A program made the translations under genes and the position numbers. Shown in pieces: positions 40,319-49,091 of a stretch of DNA of 64,000 nt. The stretch lies in the IMG/VR virus record IMGVR_UViG_3300032069_000862; one strand, written 5' to 3'. Position 1 is the stretch's first letter, and each line of letters starts with the position of its first letter. The notes below the pieces were generated by a model. The model was not told the DNA's origin, ran no database searches, and saw only the letters and a list, made by a program, of their open reading frames with translations. Origin of the DNA: an uncultured virus (IMG/VR IMGVR_UViG_3300032069_000862) (lineage: Duplodnaviria; Heunggongvirae; Uroviricota; Caudoviricetes).

Positions 40319-40494
40319 TCAATTCACTCTTCATTAATGAAAGTAATATAATAATCCAGTATTTAAGATTTATGGAAGAAAAAATGTGGATGTTAGTTAT
40401 AAAAAAGTAAAACACATTCTGTTAATATCAAGGAATAAGTTTATATAGTGAAATAGTCATCCTTTTAATCACTAATAAGAAGAGATGTTAAAAT

Positions 40495-40938
40495 ATGGGT
40501 GGACCATATAGAGCTACGAATTTGGTAATAGTGATAACCAAATCAGATAACAGTCAATATACTGTTGGTGTTTGTGAAGGGTTAGATATTGACCTTGGAT
40601 ACGAAGGCGGGGCAGAACCAGTTTATGGGTCTCGAATTAGAAAACATAGTGCTGGAAGCAAAACTGCAACGTTCACATTGACAAGATGGTTCTATGCTGA
40701 TGAATATATGGAAGATTTGCTCTTAGACTTGTTCACAGGTGAAGTAACATTTTCGCTCAAAGGCAGTTTGATTACAAATGCTGGAGTTCCAATTGAACAT
40801 ACAAGCGTAACAATAACTGGTTGTCGTTTATATCGGTGGAGACCTCGAACAGGCGGAGCAGATGACATCATTGGCGAAGAAGCAAGCGGTCAAGGAACTG
40901 ACTGGTCAATAGACGTAGAGCCAATACCAAGTCCATAG
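40495..40938 (+). CDS. tail tube (major tail) protein
   Basis: 147 aa beta-rich; VGVCEGLDI...EPVYG...G.KTATFTLTRW...ITGC tube-like pattern. Confidence 0.7.
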   Translation: MGGPYRATNLVIVITKSDNSQYTVGVCEGLDIDLGYEGGAEPVYGSRIRKHSAGSKTATFTLTRWFYADEYMEDLLLDLFTGEVTFSLKGSLITNAGVPIEHTSVTITGCRLYRWRPRTGGADDIIGEEASGQGTDWSIDVEPIPSP

Positions 40939-40974
40939 TAATTTACCATAATTCAACAAAAATTCTTTCTTTCT

Positions 40975-41241
40975 TTAATAGAGCAGATTATATACTTCTG
41001 CATCCCAGTGCCAAACTTTCTTGTATATCTTATCCATTTTATTGGCGGTTCTTGAACCCGCAACTTTTAAAATGACGGCGTGAAGCGTTTCATGAGTGAT
41101 TAATTGTTCAATCTCATCAATAAAAACTGTTTCATCCTCTTTAGAAAGATTAATGGCATAGATATATATGGTCTTTTCTTGATGGTAGAATATTCCACCG
41201 TAAATCTTTGGTAACATAAACTTAAATTTAAGTTGTCGCAT
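40975..41241 (-). CDS. mini HExxH protein
   Basis: ITHETLH. Confidence 0.6.
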   Translation of the reverse strand: MRQLKFKFMLPKIYGGIFYHQEKTIYIYAINLSKEDETVFIDEIEQLITHETLHAVILKVAGSRTANKMDKIYKKVWHWDAEVYNLLY

Positions 41242-41428
41242 TCAGTTTCCCTGCCAACTTTAATATATTCAAATATTCACGGGCTATGGTAGTAGAAACG
41301 TGTTCTTCGTAACAGAATTTAGCTAGAATGACTTCTTCGGGCTGTTCTCCTCGTTCCTTTAACATTTTCAGTAGTATTTCTACTCGTTGTTCTCTGTTGT
41401 GTTTTGGTTTGGGGTAGATGCCACTCAT
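41228..41428 (-). CDS. small winged-HTH DNA-binding protein
   Basis: VSTTIAREYLNILKLAGKL recognition-helix pattern; own promoter. Confidence 0.55.
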   Translation of the reverse strand: MSGIYPKPKHNREQRVEILLKMLKERGEQPEEVILAKFCYEEHVSTTIAREYLNILKLAGKLNATT

Positions 41429-42129
41429 TTGTTTTGCCTGTTATTACTGTTATGATTGTGTGATTTATAAACTTTGCGGTTGGTGTGTCTCTGGGTGGGT
41501 TTTTGCCTGTGTCTGTGCCTGCCTGTGCCTGTGGGTGTGGGTGGGTCTGGGTGTCTGTGGGTGTCTTAGGGTTTTTAGTTTGGAGTGTGGTAGCAGTTAG
41601 TATAGTTTAATAGAGAAGAATAGTGTCTAGTTTAGTTTAATGGTGCTCTCTGGTCGTTAATCAACTTGGCGTAGTTTGTTAGGACCCACTTGAAAAATTA
41701 ATAACATAACTTTTCAAATGGTTCTTCAAACTTTCCATCAATAGTCCCAAGCCACAACATTTCAGTTGTCAAGTGCTCAGGCTTTTTGATTGGTTCGGCA
41801 TAATTCAAGTTTGGAAACACCAATATTTAAAGTGGGCAGACTTCTATATAAACATTACTCTGGATTAATCAATTGATTAAACTTAATTTTTTGACCAATT
41901 TGCAATAATTTGGATGATAGCCTAATACGAAATCTATCGAAAAACTTAATCAGTTGATTAAGTTCGAAGTATTTTGTTCGAGGTATTTTAACTATGATGT
42001 CAAATGTAATAAAACTTATACGAACGGGTGTGCCGAAAAGTCGTCGAAAAGATTAATCAGTTGATTAAGCCCGAAGCAGGCAGAAAACCGTAACGTTTAA
42101 ATAGAGCGACTGCCACAGAATATTCAAAT

Positions 42130-43083
42130 GTGATTAAAATGGTTAAAAAACCTGAATCTTGGAAACCAAAAATTAAGATATGGGATGGAACTAATGTTCA
42201 CGGTTCATATGATACATTAGTAGGAGCACAACTGACAGATATGTTGAAATTGATGGGGTTCAATGCGGAACATAAAGGTCAATGGAGTTTTGAAGACCTT
42301 CACAATGGAAAAATTGCATTTGTAACACATCCAAGACGTTTAGCTTCAATTAATCCCTACACAGTATCTCAAAGAGATGCAGAGAAATTCATCCTTCAAA
42401 TGTTTAAAGGTGCGTTGCCAAAAAATATATGTATGACGGTATGTGCTCATGGTCATACTACAAGAGGTTCTATTGATGACGACCCATTCAGAGTAATTAA
42501 TCTTCCAGCATGGACTACATTTATTGAATATCAGAAGGCTTTAGCTAACTTCCCTCACTTCCAACCAGATATTGGTGCATATTTCATAATAATAACAAAG
42601 GATGGACGTGTTCATACACAAAAATGGCTCTATAAACCATTCGTTTACAATCATCTTGAAGGAAAGATTTACGAAGAAGAAACAGGAACGCCAGAAGAAG
42701 AAGCCAAAAAGAAGAAATTTGTCCCCGAAGATAAAGTGGTGGTCGAAAACTATCTTTTGGAAATGCTTAGAGATGCAAAATTCGTTGTAGTGGCGATTGC
42801 CGATTTCCATATCGGCGAAGTCTATTCGGTTGCTCCACCAAAATATACTCTCGGTGGACGAGAATATGATTTGTCTTCTGATTTGACGGAAGCAAATAAA
42901 AAAATCTATCGATATTGGCAAAACTTCGTTGAAGTATGCAAACTGATAAAACCACACGAAATATGGATAGTTGGAGACGCTCTCGGCGGGGCAACAATCT
43001 TTGAAAAGAATAGAATAGTCCTCAAATCCACATTAGAAGAACAGAAAGCAATGTTTGCAGAATTATTCAAACTATTTCTTTAA
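42130..43083 (+). CDS. circularly permuted calcineurin-like metallophosphoesterase
   Basis: order GTNVH, THP, AHGHT, LPAW, then ADFHIG, VGDA (motifs I/II at the C-terminus). Confidence 0.7.
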   Translation: MIKMVKKPESWKPKIKIWDGTNVHGSYDTLVGAQLTDMLKLMGFNAEHKGQWSFEDLHNGKIAFVTHPRRLASINPYTVSQRDAEKFILQMFKGALPKNICMTVCAHGHTTRGSIDDDPFRVINLPAWTTFIEYQKALANFPHFQPDIGAYFIIITKDGRVHTQKWLYKPFVYNHLEGKIYEEETGTPEEEAKKKKFVPEDKVVVENYLLEMLRDAKFVVVAIADFHIGEVYSVAPPKYTLGGREYDLSSDLTEANKKIYRYWQNFVEVCKLIKPHEIWIVGDALGGATIFEKNRIVLKSTLEEQKAMFAELFKLFL

Positions 43084-43089
43084 TTTCTT

Positions 43090-43254
43090 TGTGACCCTGA
43101 TTTAGTTTGAAAAACTAAACAAAAATGCGAACCTCTAAAACTTTGAAAAAACTAATGAAACGTGTGAACCTTGTATGATGTTGAAAAACTAGAGCAAATT
43201 GTGAACCCGTTAAAGCCTCTAAAAGAGTTGAAAAACTACAAGAATTTGTGAACC
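43090..43254 (+). repeat. TIGR-like dual-repeat guide array (upstream, 4 units)
   Basis: TGTGAACC-type repeat at 43090, 43126, 43163, 43200, 43247 alternating with TTGAAAAACT; mostly 9-10-nt spacers; periods 36, 37, 37, 47. Confidence 0.85.
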
Positions 43255-43303
43255 GCAACCTTTAAATATTCAATATGTAATAGTCTCTTTTGAGGAAATA
43301 AAA

Positions 43304-44245
43304 ATGGAAAAAATATTACCATCTGGAATAACTGAAGAACAATTGCTTCATCTTAGAAGTTTACTCGATAAATTCGAAGGTATGCAACGTGCTAGGATTT
43401 CTTTTGAAAATCAAATACGAGCCATAAGTCAAGGAACTGGTTCAACTGTTGGTCGTCTCGGATTCATATTGGAACAAGGTGTTGTAGAAGGTGTAGAAAA
43501 GTCTGCAATTGAGGGGGTTGGAAAAAAGAAAATTCTCGGAATAAAATGTTATGAAGATGCAATGGAAAAAGAAATGCGTCCAATTGTTGAAAATCATAGA
43601 CTTTGGATTGAATGGTTGCGTGGAGTCAAAGGTATTGGGATACTTACAGCCGCTAAAATAATAGCTTGGATTGAACCTTATTGGGCTGAACTTGATATAG
43701 TCTTACGAATCAAAAAGCGAGAAAAAACTGGTGAGGAATTGGCTGAACCCGTATTAAAAACCGTAAAACTTTTCAGACCAAATGCCCGTAGTTCTCTGAT
43801 TAAATTGTGTGGCTATGCAGTTAATGATGAAGATAAAAGAGCCTACTTTAGAGCACCAAATAAACCCATCGTTGGAAATGCTAAATTAAGAAAAATGTTC
43901 TATATTCTTTTTGAGGCAGTTTTGCGACAGAAAGGCAAGTGTTATGATTTATGGAAGCGGTATCATGATGAAGAAATCGCTAACTATTCTAACTACCTTC
44001 AAAAATGGTATGGTGCATCAACACGACAAGAAGCCAAAAAACTTAATCCCAAAAAATACATTCCGAATACTTTAGACCTTAGCCGAAGACGGTTCATCAA
44101 AACATTCATATCAATTCTATGGGAAAAATACCAAGAAATATACGGACTGCCAATTACAACTCCACAACACGCTCGTAATATTCCGTTAGAAACTAATGAA
44201 TGGATTCATCCAATAGACCTCTGCGAAACTGACAGAGTAATGTGA
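43304..44245 (+). CDS. tasA: IS110-related Nop-domain RNA-binding protein lacking nuclease domain (TasA-like)
   Basis: LRSLL...R.R....NQI coiled coil, LRGVKGIGILTAAKII HhH-like, GNAKLRK; no N-terminal DEDD/RuvC; flanked by arrays. Confidence 0.75.
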   Translation: MEKILPSGITEEQLLHLRSLLDKFEGMQRARISFENQIRAISQGTGSTVGRLGFILEQGVVEGVEKSAIEGVGKKKILGIKCYEDAMEKEMRPIVENHRLWIEWLRGVKGIGILTAAKIIAWIEPYWAELDIVLRIKKREKTGEELAEPVLKTVKLFRPNARSSLIKLCGYAVNDEDKRAYFRAPNKPIVGNAKLRKMFYILFEAVLRQKGKCYDLWKRYHDEEIANYSNYLQKWYGASTRQEAKKLNPKKYIPNTLDLSRRRFIKTFISILWEKYQEIYGLPITTPQHARNIPLETNEWIHPIDLCETDRVM

Positions 44246-44417
44246 ACCTACGAGTGATTGAAAAAAACTAATGAAACCTGTGAACCTAATTGTGCATTGA
44301 AAAACTCTGTGCGATTGTGAACCCTAGAGCGAAGTTGCAAAACTAATTAAGATTGTGAACCTAACAAGATTGTGAAAACCTAAGTCTATCTTGAAAAACT
44401 CCCGAAATGTGTGAACC
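44241..44417 (+). repeat. TIGR-like dual-repeat guide array (downstream, ~4.5 units)
   Basis: TGTGAACC at 44241, 44279, 44316, 44354, (variant 44371), 44410 alternating with TTGAAAAACT variants; 9-11-nt spacers. Confidence 0.85.
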
Positions 44418-44464
44418 ATAATCTTTAAATATTCCCTTTTTTATCTTTTGTTTATAGTGGTTTG

Positions 44465-44611
44465 ATGCCCAATCATCAGTGTAGAACTTGTAAAAATTGT
44501 CCAGATTATAATCCGCAAGATAAACAAATTCACGGGTCATTTCCAAAATATTGTCCCAAGGCGAAACGTGTAATTACATGGTGGGAAGTATGTGAATTCT
44601 ATGAACCATAA
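44465..44611 (+). CDS. 48-aa Cys-rich protein (not in ORF track)
   Basis: MPNHQCRTCKNC...YCPK...VCEFYEP*; promoter at 44414-44431. Confidence 0.55.
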   Translation: MPNHQCRTCKNCPDYNPQDKQIHGSFPKYCPKAKRVITWWEVCEFYEP

Positions 44612-44659
44612 CCGCAACCTTTAAATACTTCCTTTACACTTTTTTGTTAGTGATTAAAT

Positions 44660-45211
44660 ATGTCTGAACCAGAAAAGAAACCTGAAGAAGCGAAACCAGA
44701 ACAAGTAAAACGTTCATTTGTTTCTGAAGAAGATTCGAAGAAGACGGCAGAAGAAAAGAAAGAAATCCTTAAAATTCCGCCAGCAGAAATAACTTTAATG
44801 TATGTTTCCAAAGAACTCAGGGAAATGAATGCCAAGTTTGATAAATTGCTTGCAATTTTTGAAAATGCCACATCTCAACTTAAATCTCAACCAACAACAA
44901 TGACAACAACAACAATGACTCCAAACGTGGTAAAGACTGGAGTTCCAACACCTGAACCAAAACCAGCAGAAGCAAAAGTTCCAGAAATGTCGGCTCGTCT
45001 TGCAGAAGTCAAACTGAAATTGGGCGAATTTGCAAATATGTTGAATTTTGATGAACAAACATCCGCTCAATTTATAAAAGTTTCTCCAAAGCAATTTTTA
45101 GGTGCAGAAAACTTTGCCAAAATAGCCACATTAATCAGAACTGAGTTCGGTGGACAATATGTTTCTCAGGGGAAACACAGTCATTTTCTAGTGCCTAAAC
45201 AGAAGGCATAG
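44660..45211 (+). CDS. hypothetical protein with C-terminal PKQFLG.ENFAKIA domain
   Basis: from memory this domain resembles uncharacterised Bathyarchaeia proteins; not verified. Confidence 0.5.
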   Translation: MSEPEKKPEEAKPEQVKRSFVSEEDSKKTAEEKKEILKIPPAEITLMYVSKELREMNAKFDKLLAIFENATSQLKSQPTTMTTTTMTPNVVKTGVPTPEPKPAEAKVPEMSARLAEVKLKLGEFANMLNFDEQTSAQFIKVSPKQFLGAENFAKIATLIRTEFGGQYVSQGKHSHFLVPKQKA

Positions 45212-45611
45212 GCTTTGTGTCGTCGCAACTTCCATCTTTGGACGTTTTCTAATCATAAGGCTTTTCTTGAAATTGTTGAGATACTTAATAGAAAAGAATA
45301 TGAGAAGACCAGTGGTCCATCTGGAATGGTCTTAGTAGTGACCAAATATTTAGACGATGAAATCAAAATGAAACGTGACAGTTATCCATATGATGATTTG
45401 CTTAAACTTGCTGACGAAGAAAAAATACAACTTAACGAGATTCCTTTCTCTAATTGGAAAACATTTAAAGCAGTTGTGGACTTTGTTGCCAAAAAGAAAT
45501 TAACTGATGTTCTTGGCGTGGTTCAAATAGAACTTGCCTCTTAACAGTTATTGTCAAGCCAGAGAATAAACTTTAAATAGTAGAATTAATATTGTTCTAT
45601 CACTATAAAGA

Positions 45612-45989
45612 GTGATTAAAATGGAAAACATCGATATGTTTGTAAAGGCAATTTCCGAGTATGAAGGCATGGAAATCCAAGAAGCAAGACTAAGTTATGC
45701 AGAGCGTCAAAATCTGCCCGATTCAGCATTCTGTGGTCCCGATAGAACTTATCCTGCTCAAGATGCGGCACACGTCCGAAATGGATTCGCACGTTTATCA
45801 TTGTTCGGGGGTAGGCTTCCAGAACCAATTAGGAAGAAAATCTATCTCTGCTTGGTTAGACGTGCAAAGAAATTTGGCGTTGAACACGACCCTAAAACAT
45901 ATAAATGGGGCAAATACGTAACTGAAGCCAAAATTGAATCAGATGCCAAGAAAATAATAGATTGGTATCTTAAACAACTCGGAATTTAG
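45612..45989 (+). CDS. head-module protein (DUF6582-like)
   Basis: ERQNLPDSAFCGPDRTYP..DAAHVRN..ARL. Confidence 0.6.
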   Translation: MIKMENIDMFVKAISEYEGMEIQEARLSYAERQNLPDSAFCGPDRTYPAQDAAHVRNGFARLSLFGGRLPEPIRKKIYLCLVRRAKKFGVEHDPKTYKWGKYVTEAKIESDAKKIIDWYLKQLGI

Positions 45990-46000
45990 GTGAGGGCGTA

Positions 46001-46381
46001 ATGCCCGTCGAAATAACTGCGAACTTCATAAGAATTAGAGTGGCGAGTCCTAGTCAATTTTTAAGATTCAGAGTCAAGACTCTAGGTGCTGGCATAAAGG
46101 CAGTTATTGGTTTTAGAAAGGGCGGTGGCTCTCAAATTCAAAGTGTTCTATTCCCCAAAAGCCGTTATACCCTTGCATCTGCGAGAGCGTGGATAGAGAA
46201 GCATGGAATGGCAGTTCATGAAACTTATTTGGTGACCGATATAGATGTGGGTGTTGACTATATTGATTTTAAGGAAGTGTTGGTCACTCCAGAGATGGAA
46301 ATGGATTTGGTAGAACTGGAAAGTCATGCCGTAGATGTCAAAAATATAAAGAAAGAAACGTGGGAGTGGCTTTTGGAATGA
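46001..46381 (+). CDS. head-module hypothetical protein
   Basis: GIKAVIG...IQSVLFPK..YT...ARAW pattern; upstream of protease. Confidence 0.55.
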   Translation: MPVEITANFIRIRVASPSQFLRFRVKTLGAGIKAVIGFRKGGGSQIQSVLFPKSRYTLASARAWIEKHGMAVHETYLVTDIDVGVDYIDFKEVLVTPEMEMDLVELESHAVDVKNIKKETWEWLLE

Positions 46382-47034
46382 TGGAAGAACAAATGATAAT
46401 GTTTCCATTCGAATATATTTCTCCCGCTCATATTTCCGTAGAAGAATCTTATCATGGCGTTGCAATAATAACTGGAACACTGCTTGCCGAAGGAATTAGT
46501 CGAAATGGCAATCTTTACACAGTTGAAGAAATGGCAAATATAGCCCCACAAGCCGAGGGAATGCCAATTTATGTTGGGACAATGGAAGGAATTGACCCGA
46601 ATACAGGTCTAAAAGTTAAGGGAATGCACGCTAATCTCGAAGAAAATCGGGTTGGAAGAATCATTCGTGCTGTTTTCGACCCAATTGCTCGAAAAATCAA
46701 GTTCTGGGCAGAAATCGTGAATACAGCAACACATTCTGACATAATTCAAAAAATCAAGAAGGGTTGGGGCATTTCTATAGGCGGAATTGCAACGAATGCC
46801 AAATATGCACTCGATAAAGTTGCCAATAGAATAGTAACAAAAATCATGGGACTTCAATTAAATCATGTTCAATTACTTGCTCCAAATGTGATTCGTGGAA
46901 TGGATTCTGCACAAGTAGAAGATGTTCAAATTCAAGAATCAATGTTATTTTATGAATTTAAAGAACCAAAAGTTCGGATAGAAAGAATCAGAATTAAGAC
47001 TGGTTACAGGGTAGTCGCAGATGTGGAACGTTGA
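46360..47034 (+). CDS. prohead (capsid maturation) protease
   Basis: GISRNGNLYT, H...VGRI, GISIGG, NHVQLL. Confidence 0.7.
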   Translation: MGVAFGMMEEQMIMFPFEYISPAHISVEESYHGVAIITGTLLAEGISRNGNLYTVEEMANIAPQAEGMPIYVGTMEGIDPNTGLKVKGMHANLEENRVGRIIRAVFDPIARKIKFWAEIVNTATHSDIIQKIKKGWGISIGGIATNAKYALDKVANRIVTKIMGLQLNHVQLLAPNVIRGMDSAQVEDVQIQESMLFYEFKEPKVRIERIRIKTGYRVVADVER

Positions 47035-47247
47035 CTGGGAGCAATATCGTAAGAATCTTGAATTAGAACGTAGAGAATGGGCTGAATACGATAAAAGGCA
47101 TGAATTTTTGAAGGAACAAATGCTGAAACGAATTGCCAAGTTGGAAGCCGAAAAAGAAAAAGTCAAGATAGAATTTATCCGTAAGTCCAAATGGGCTCAT
47201 CGTGCCTATATGAGGCACGTCGAAAAGAAATTTAAGCCAACTATTAG

Positions 47248-47739
47248 TTAAGCAGTTAATAAAAGCCACGCAACGAAACATTCTTCATAGTATTCATTTG
47301 CGACAAACACTTTAACTTTTTCTATACATGATTTGCACAATGTTATTAAATTGTCCACAGCAAAATCTGTTGGATTACGATTTATATGATAAACTTCAAG
47401 ATTTTCTCTAGTTCCGCATTTTTGACAGGTTTTGTTGTCACGTTCAAGAATTAAATCAACATTAAATATTTTGAATGCTGGCAATTGTTTATGGTGTGCA
47501 ATCCATTTACCTTTTAAATCTAATTTGAGATTCATTAAAAGTTTTTTATACGCCACTAATATAAATGCCTGTTCGATGAGATATTCTACAGTTTGACTTT
47601 TTGATAAATCCATAAACTTGGCTAATATATCAATTTGTTTTGCCAAATCTTCTTTAATCCATATTGATGTATGTTTTCTTGCCATATTATCCGCACCTAT
47701 TTCGGTGCTCTTCCGAGGAATAACTTTATATATATTCAT
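47248..47739 (-). CDS. RHH-HNH fusion protein
   Basis: HTSIWIKEDLAKQID...SKSQTV RHH; ILERDNKTCQKCG...NLITLCKSC. Confidence 0.7.
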   Translation of the reverse strand: MNIYKVIPRKSTEIGADNMARKHTSIWIKEDLAKQIDILAKFMDLSKSQTVEYLIEQAFILVAYKKLLMNLKLDLKGKWIAHHKQLPAFKIFNVDLILERDNKTCQKCGTRENLEVYHINRNPTDFAVDNLITLCKSCIEKVKVFVANEYYEECFVAWLLLTA

Positions 47740-47759
47740 CTGCTATTTAAACCTTACGG

Positions 47760-48548
47760 TTGATTAATATGTCAACACCCGAAGAAATTAAAGATAAGGA
47801 AAAGAAAGAGAAACAAGAACCACTCAAAGTCGATGTTACTGTTGATTCTGAACAAATGAAGGTCATTTTAAAGGAACTACAAGAAGAGAAAGAGCGAGCA
47901 AAGAAAGCAGAAGAGGAAGCCAAGAAAGCCGCTGAAGAAAAGAAAGCCGCCGAAGAAGCACTTGAAAAGACAAAATTAGAATCCGAAGATTACAGGAGCA
48001 AACTTGAAATAGTTGCTACAAAAGAATTTGAGAAGAAACGCAATGAAGTTATCGCCAAGGCAAAAGAAGTTATTAAAGATGAGAAACGCCTTAAAATGAT
48101 AGAAGATGAATTGACTGACCCAGAAAAGTTGAAGGCAACTGAGTTCATGCTTACAACTTTGGATGAAACTTTGAAGAAAGGTGCAGAAGAGGCAAAATTA
48201 GCAGAAGAGGCAAGACTGAAGGCTGAAGCAGACAAGAAAGCGGCAGAAGAAGAGGCTAAAAAGAAAGCTCCCGCAGGTTCAGTGCCATTAAGTCCCGCTC
48301 AAGTTGGCGGTGCACCATCAAATGAGGAAGGCTATGATACTTATGTAGCAATGATTCAAGACCTAAGACGCAAAGTTAGAAGTGGAACACCAGAAGAAGC
48401 CGCTGAAGCCGAAGAAGTCTTAAATGAACTATTTAAGAAATGGGTCACAGCAATTAAGAGGAAATATGAAGGCATGAAAGACATTGCTTATGAAGAAGAG
48501 AAGCAAAAGTCAGTTCGTGACATAACTAAGAAAGGCGGTGCTGTATAA
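47760..48548 (+). CDS. capsid scaffolding protein
   Basis: E/K/A-rich coiled coil between protease and MCP. Confidence 0.65.
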   Translation: MINMSTPEEIKDKEKKEKQEPLKVDVTVDSEQMKVILKELQEEKERAKKAEEEAKKAAEEKKAAEEALEKTKLESEDYRSKLEIVATKEFEKKRNEVIAKAKEVIKDEKRLKMIEDELTDPEKLKATEFMLTTLDETLKKGAEEAKLAEEARLKAEADKKAAEEEAKKKAPAGSVPLSPAQVGGAPSNEEGYDTYVAMIQDLRRKVRSGTPEEAAEAEEVLNELFKKWVTAIKRKYEGMKDIAYEEEKQKSVRDITKKGGAV

Positions 48549-48970
48549 TGTCAGAAAAACCTAAAGAATATAAAGTTTCGCCAATGGAAGTTCACGTCAA
48601 ATTCTGTGTGGACGAACGTGTAGTATCAATAAACAATCAATTAACATATCAGAAATGGGTCTATGAACAATCTGATTTTCCATGTCCTCAATGCGGAAAA
48701 ACAACTGATGTTCTCTTTATGAGATTACCTTTAGGTGTCTTTAGAACCTGTTCATGGGATGGTTTCACGGAAAGAATAACTCCAACACATTCTGAAACAG
48801 GGGAACAAATAGCCTATTTAGCTGAACAAAGAGTAATTAGCACGGAAGAAGCATGGGAAGTTATGGAAAGAAACAAGTCAACAGTGCCACCATTCCTGCC
48901 ACCTTGGATGCCACCGAGAACGAGACGTGGCAAAAAACCTAAACCACCACCAATTCCACCAGAAGCATAG
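48548..48970 (+). CDS. Zn-ribbon protein with Pro-rich tail
   Basis: CPQCG...CSWD; PPFLPPWMPP...PKPPPIPP. Confidence 0.6.
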   Translation: MSEKPKEYKVSPMEVHVKFCVDERVVSINNQLTYQKWVYEQSDFPCPQCGKTTDVLFMRLPLGVFRTCSWDGFTERITPTHSETGEQIAYLAEQRVISTEEAWEVMERNKSTVPPFLPPWMPPRTRRGKKPKPPPIPPEA

Positions 48971-49091
48971 TAAAATCTCTTTCATTCAAAATCCCATCTC
49001 TTTTTTTAAACTTTAACATTAGATGTAAAAATAATTTTAAATACTTGGCTGATATATCATTCCATAACAATTGAAAAGTTGTTGAAGAAAA

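Noticed and set aside
41418..41600. Cys/Val-rich 60-aa ORF
   Set aside because: Translation of a GT low-complexity tract overlapping the opposite-strand promoter
43304..44245. IS110 transposase / insertion sequence
   Set aside because: No N-terminal DEDD domain or catalytic Ser loop; flanks are periodic dual-repeat arrays rather than IS ends
43090..44417. CRISPR array
   Set aside because: Repeats of 8-12 nt and spacers of ~9-11 nt alternate in two types; no cas1/cas2; the Cas4-like gene is a solo viral exonuclease 5 kb away
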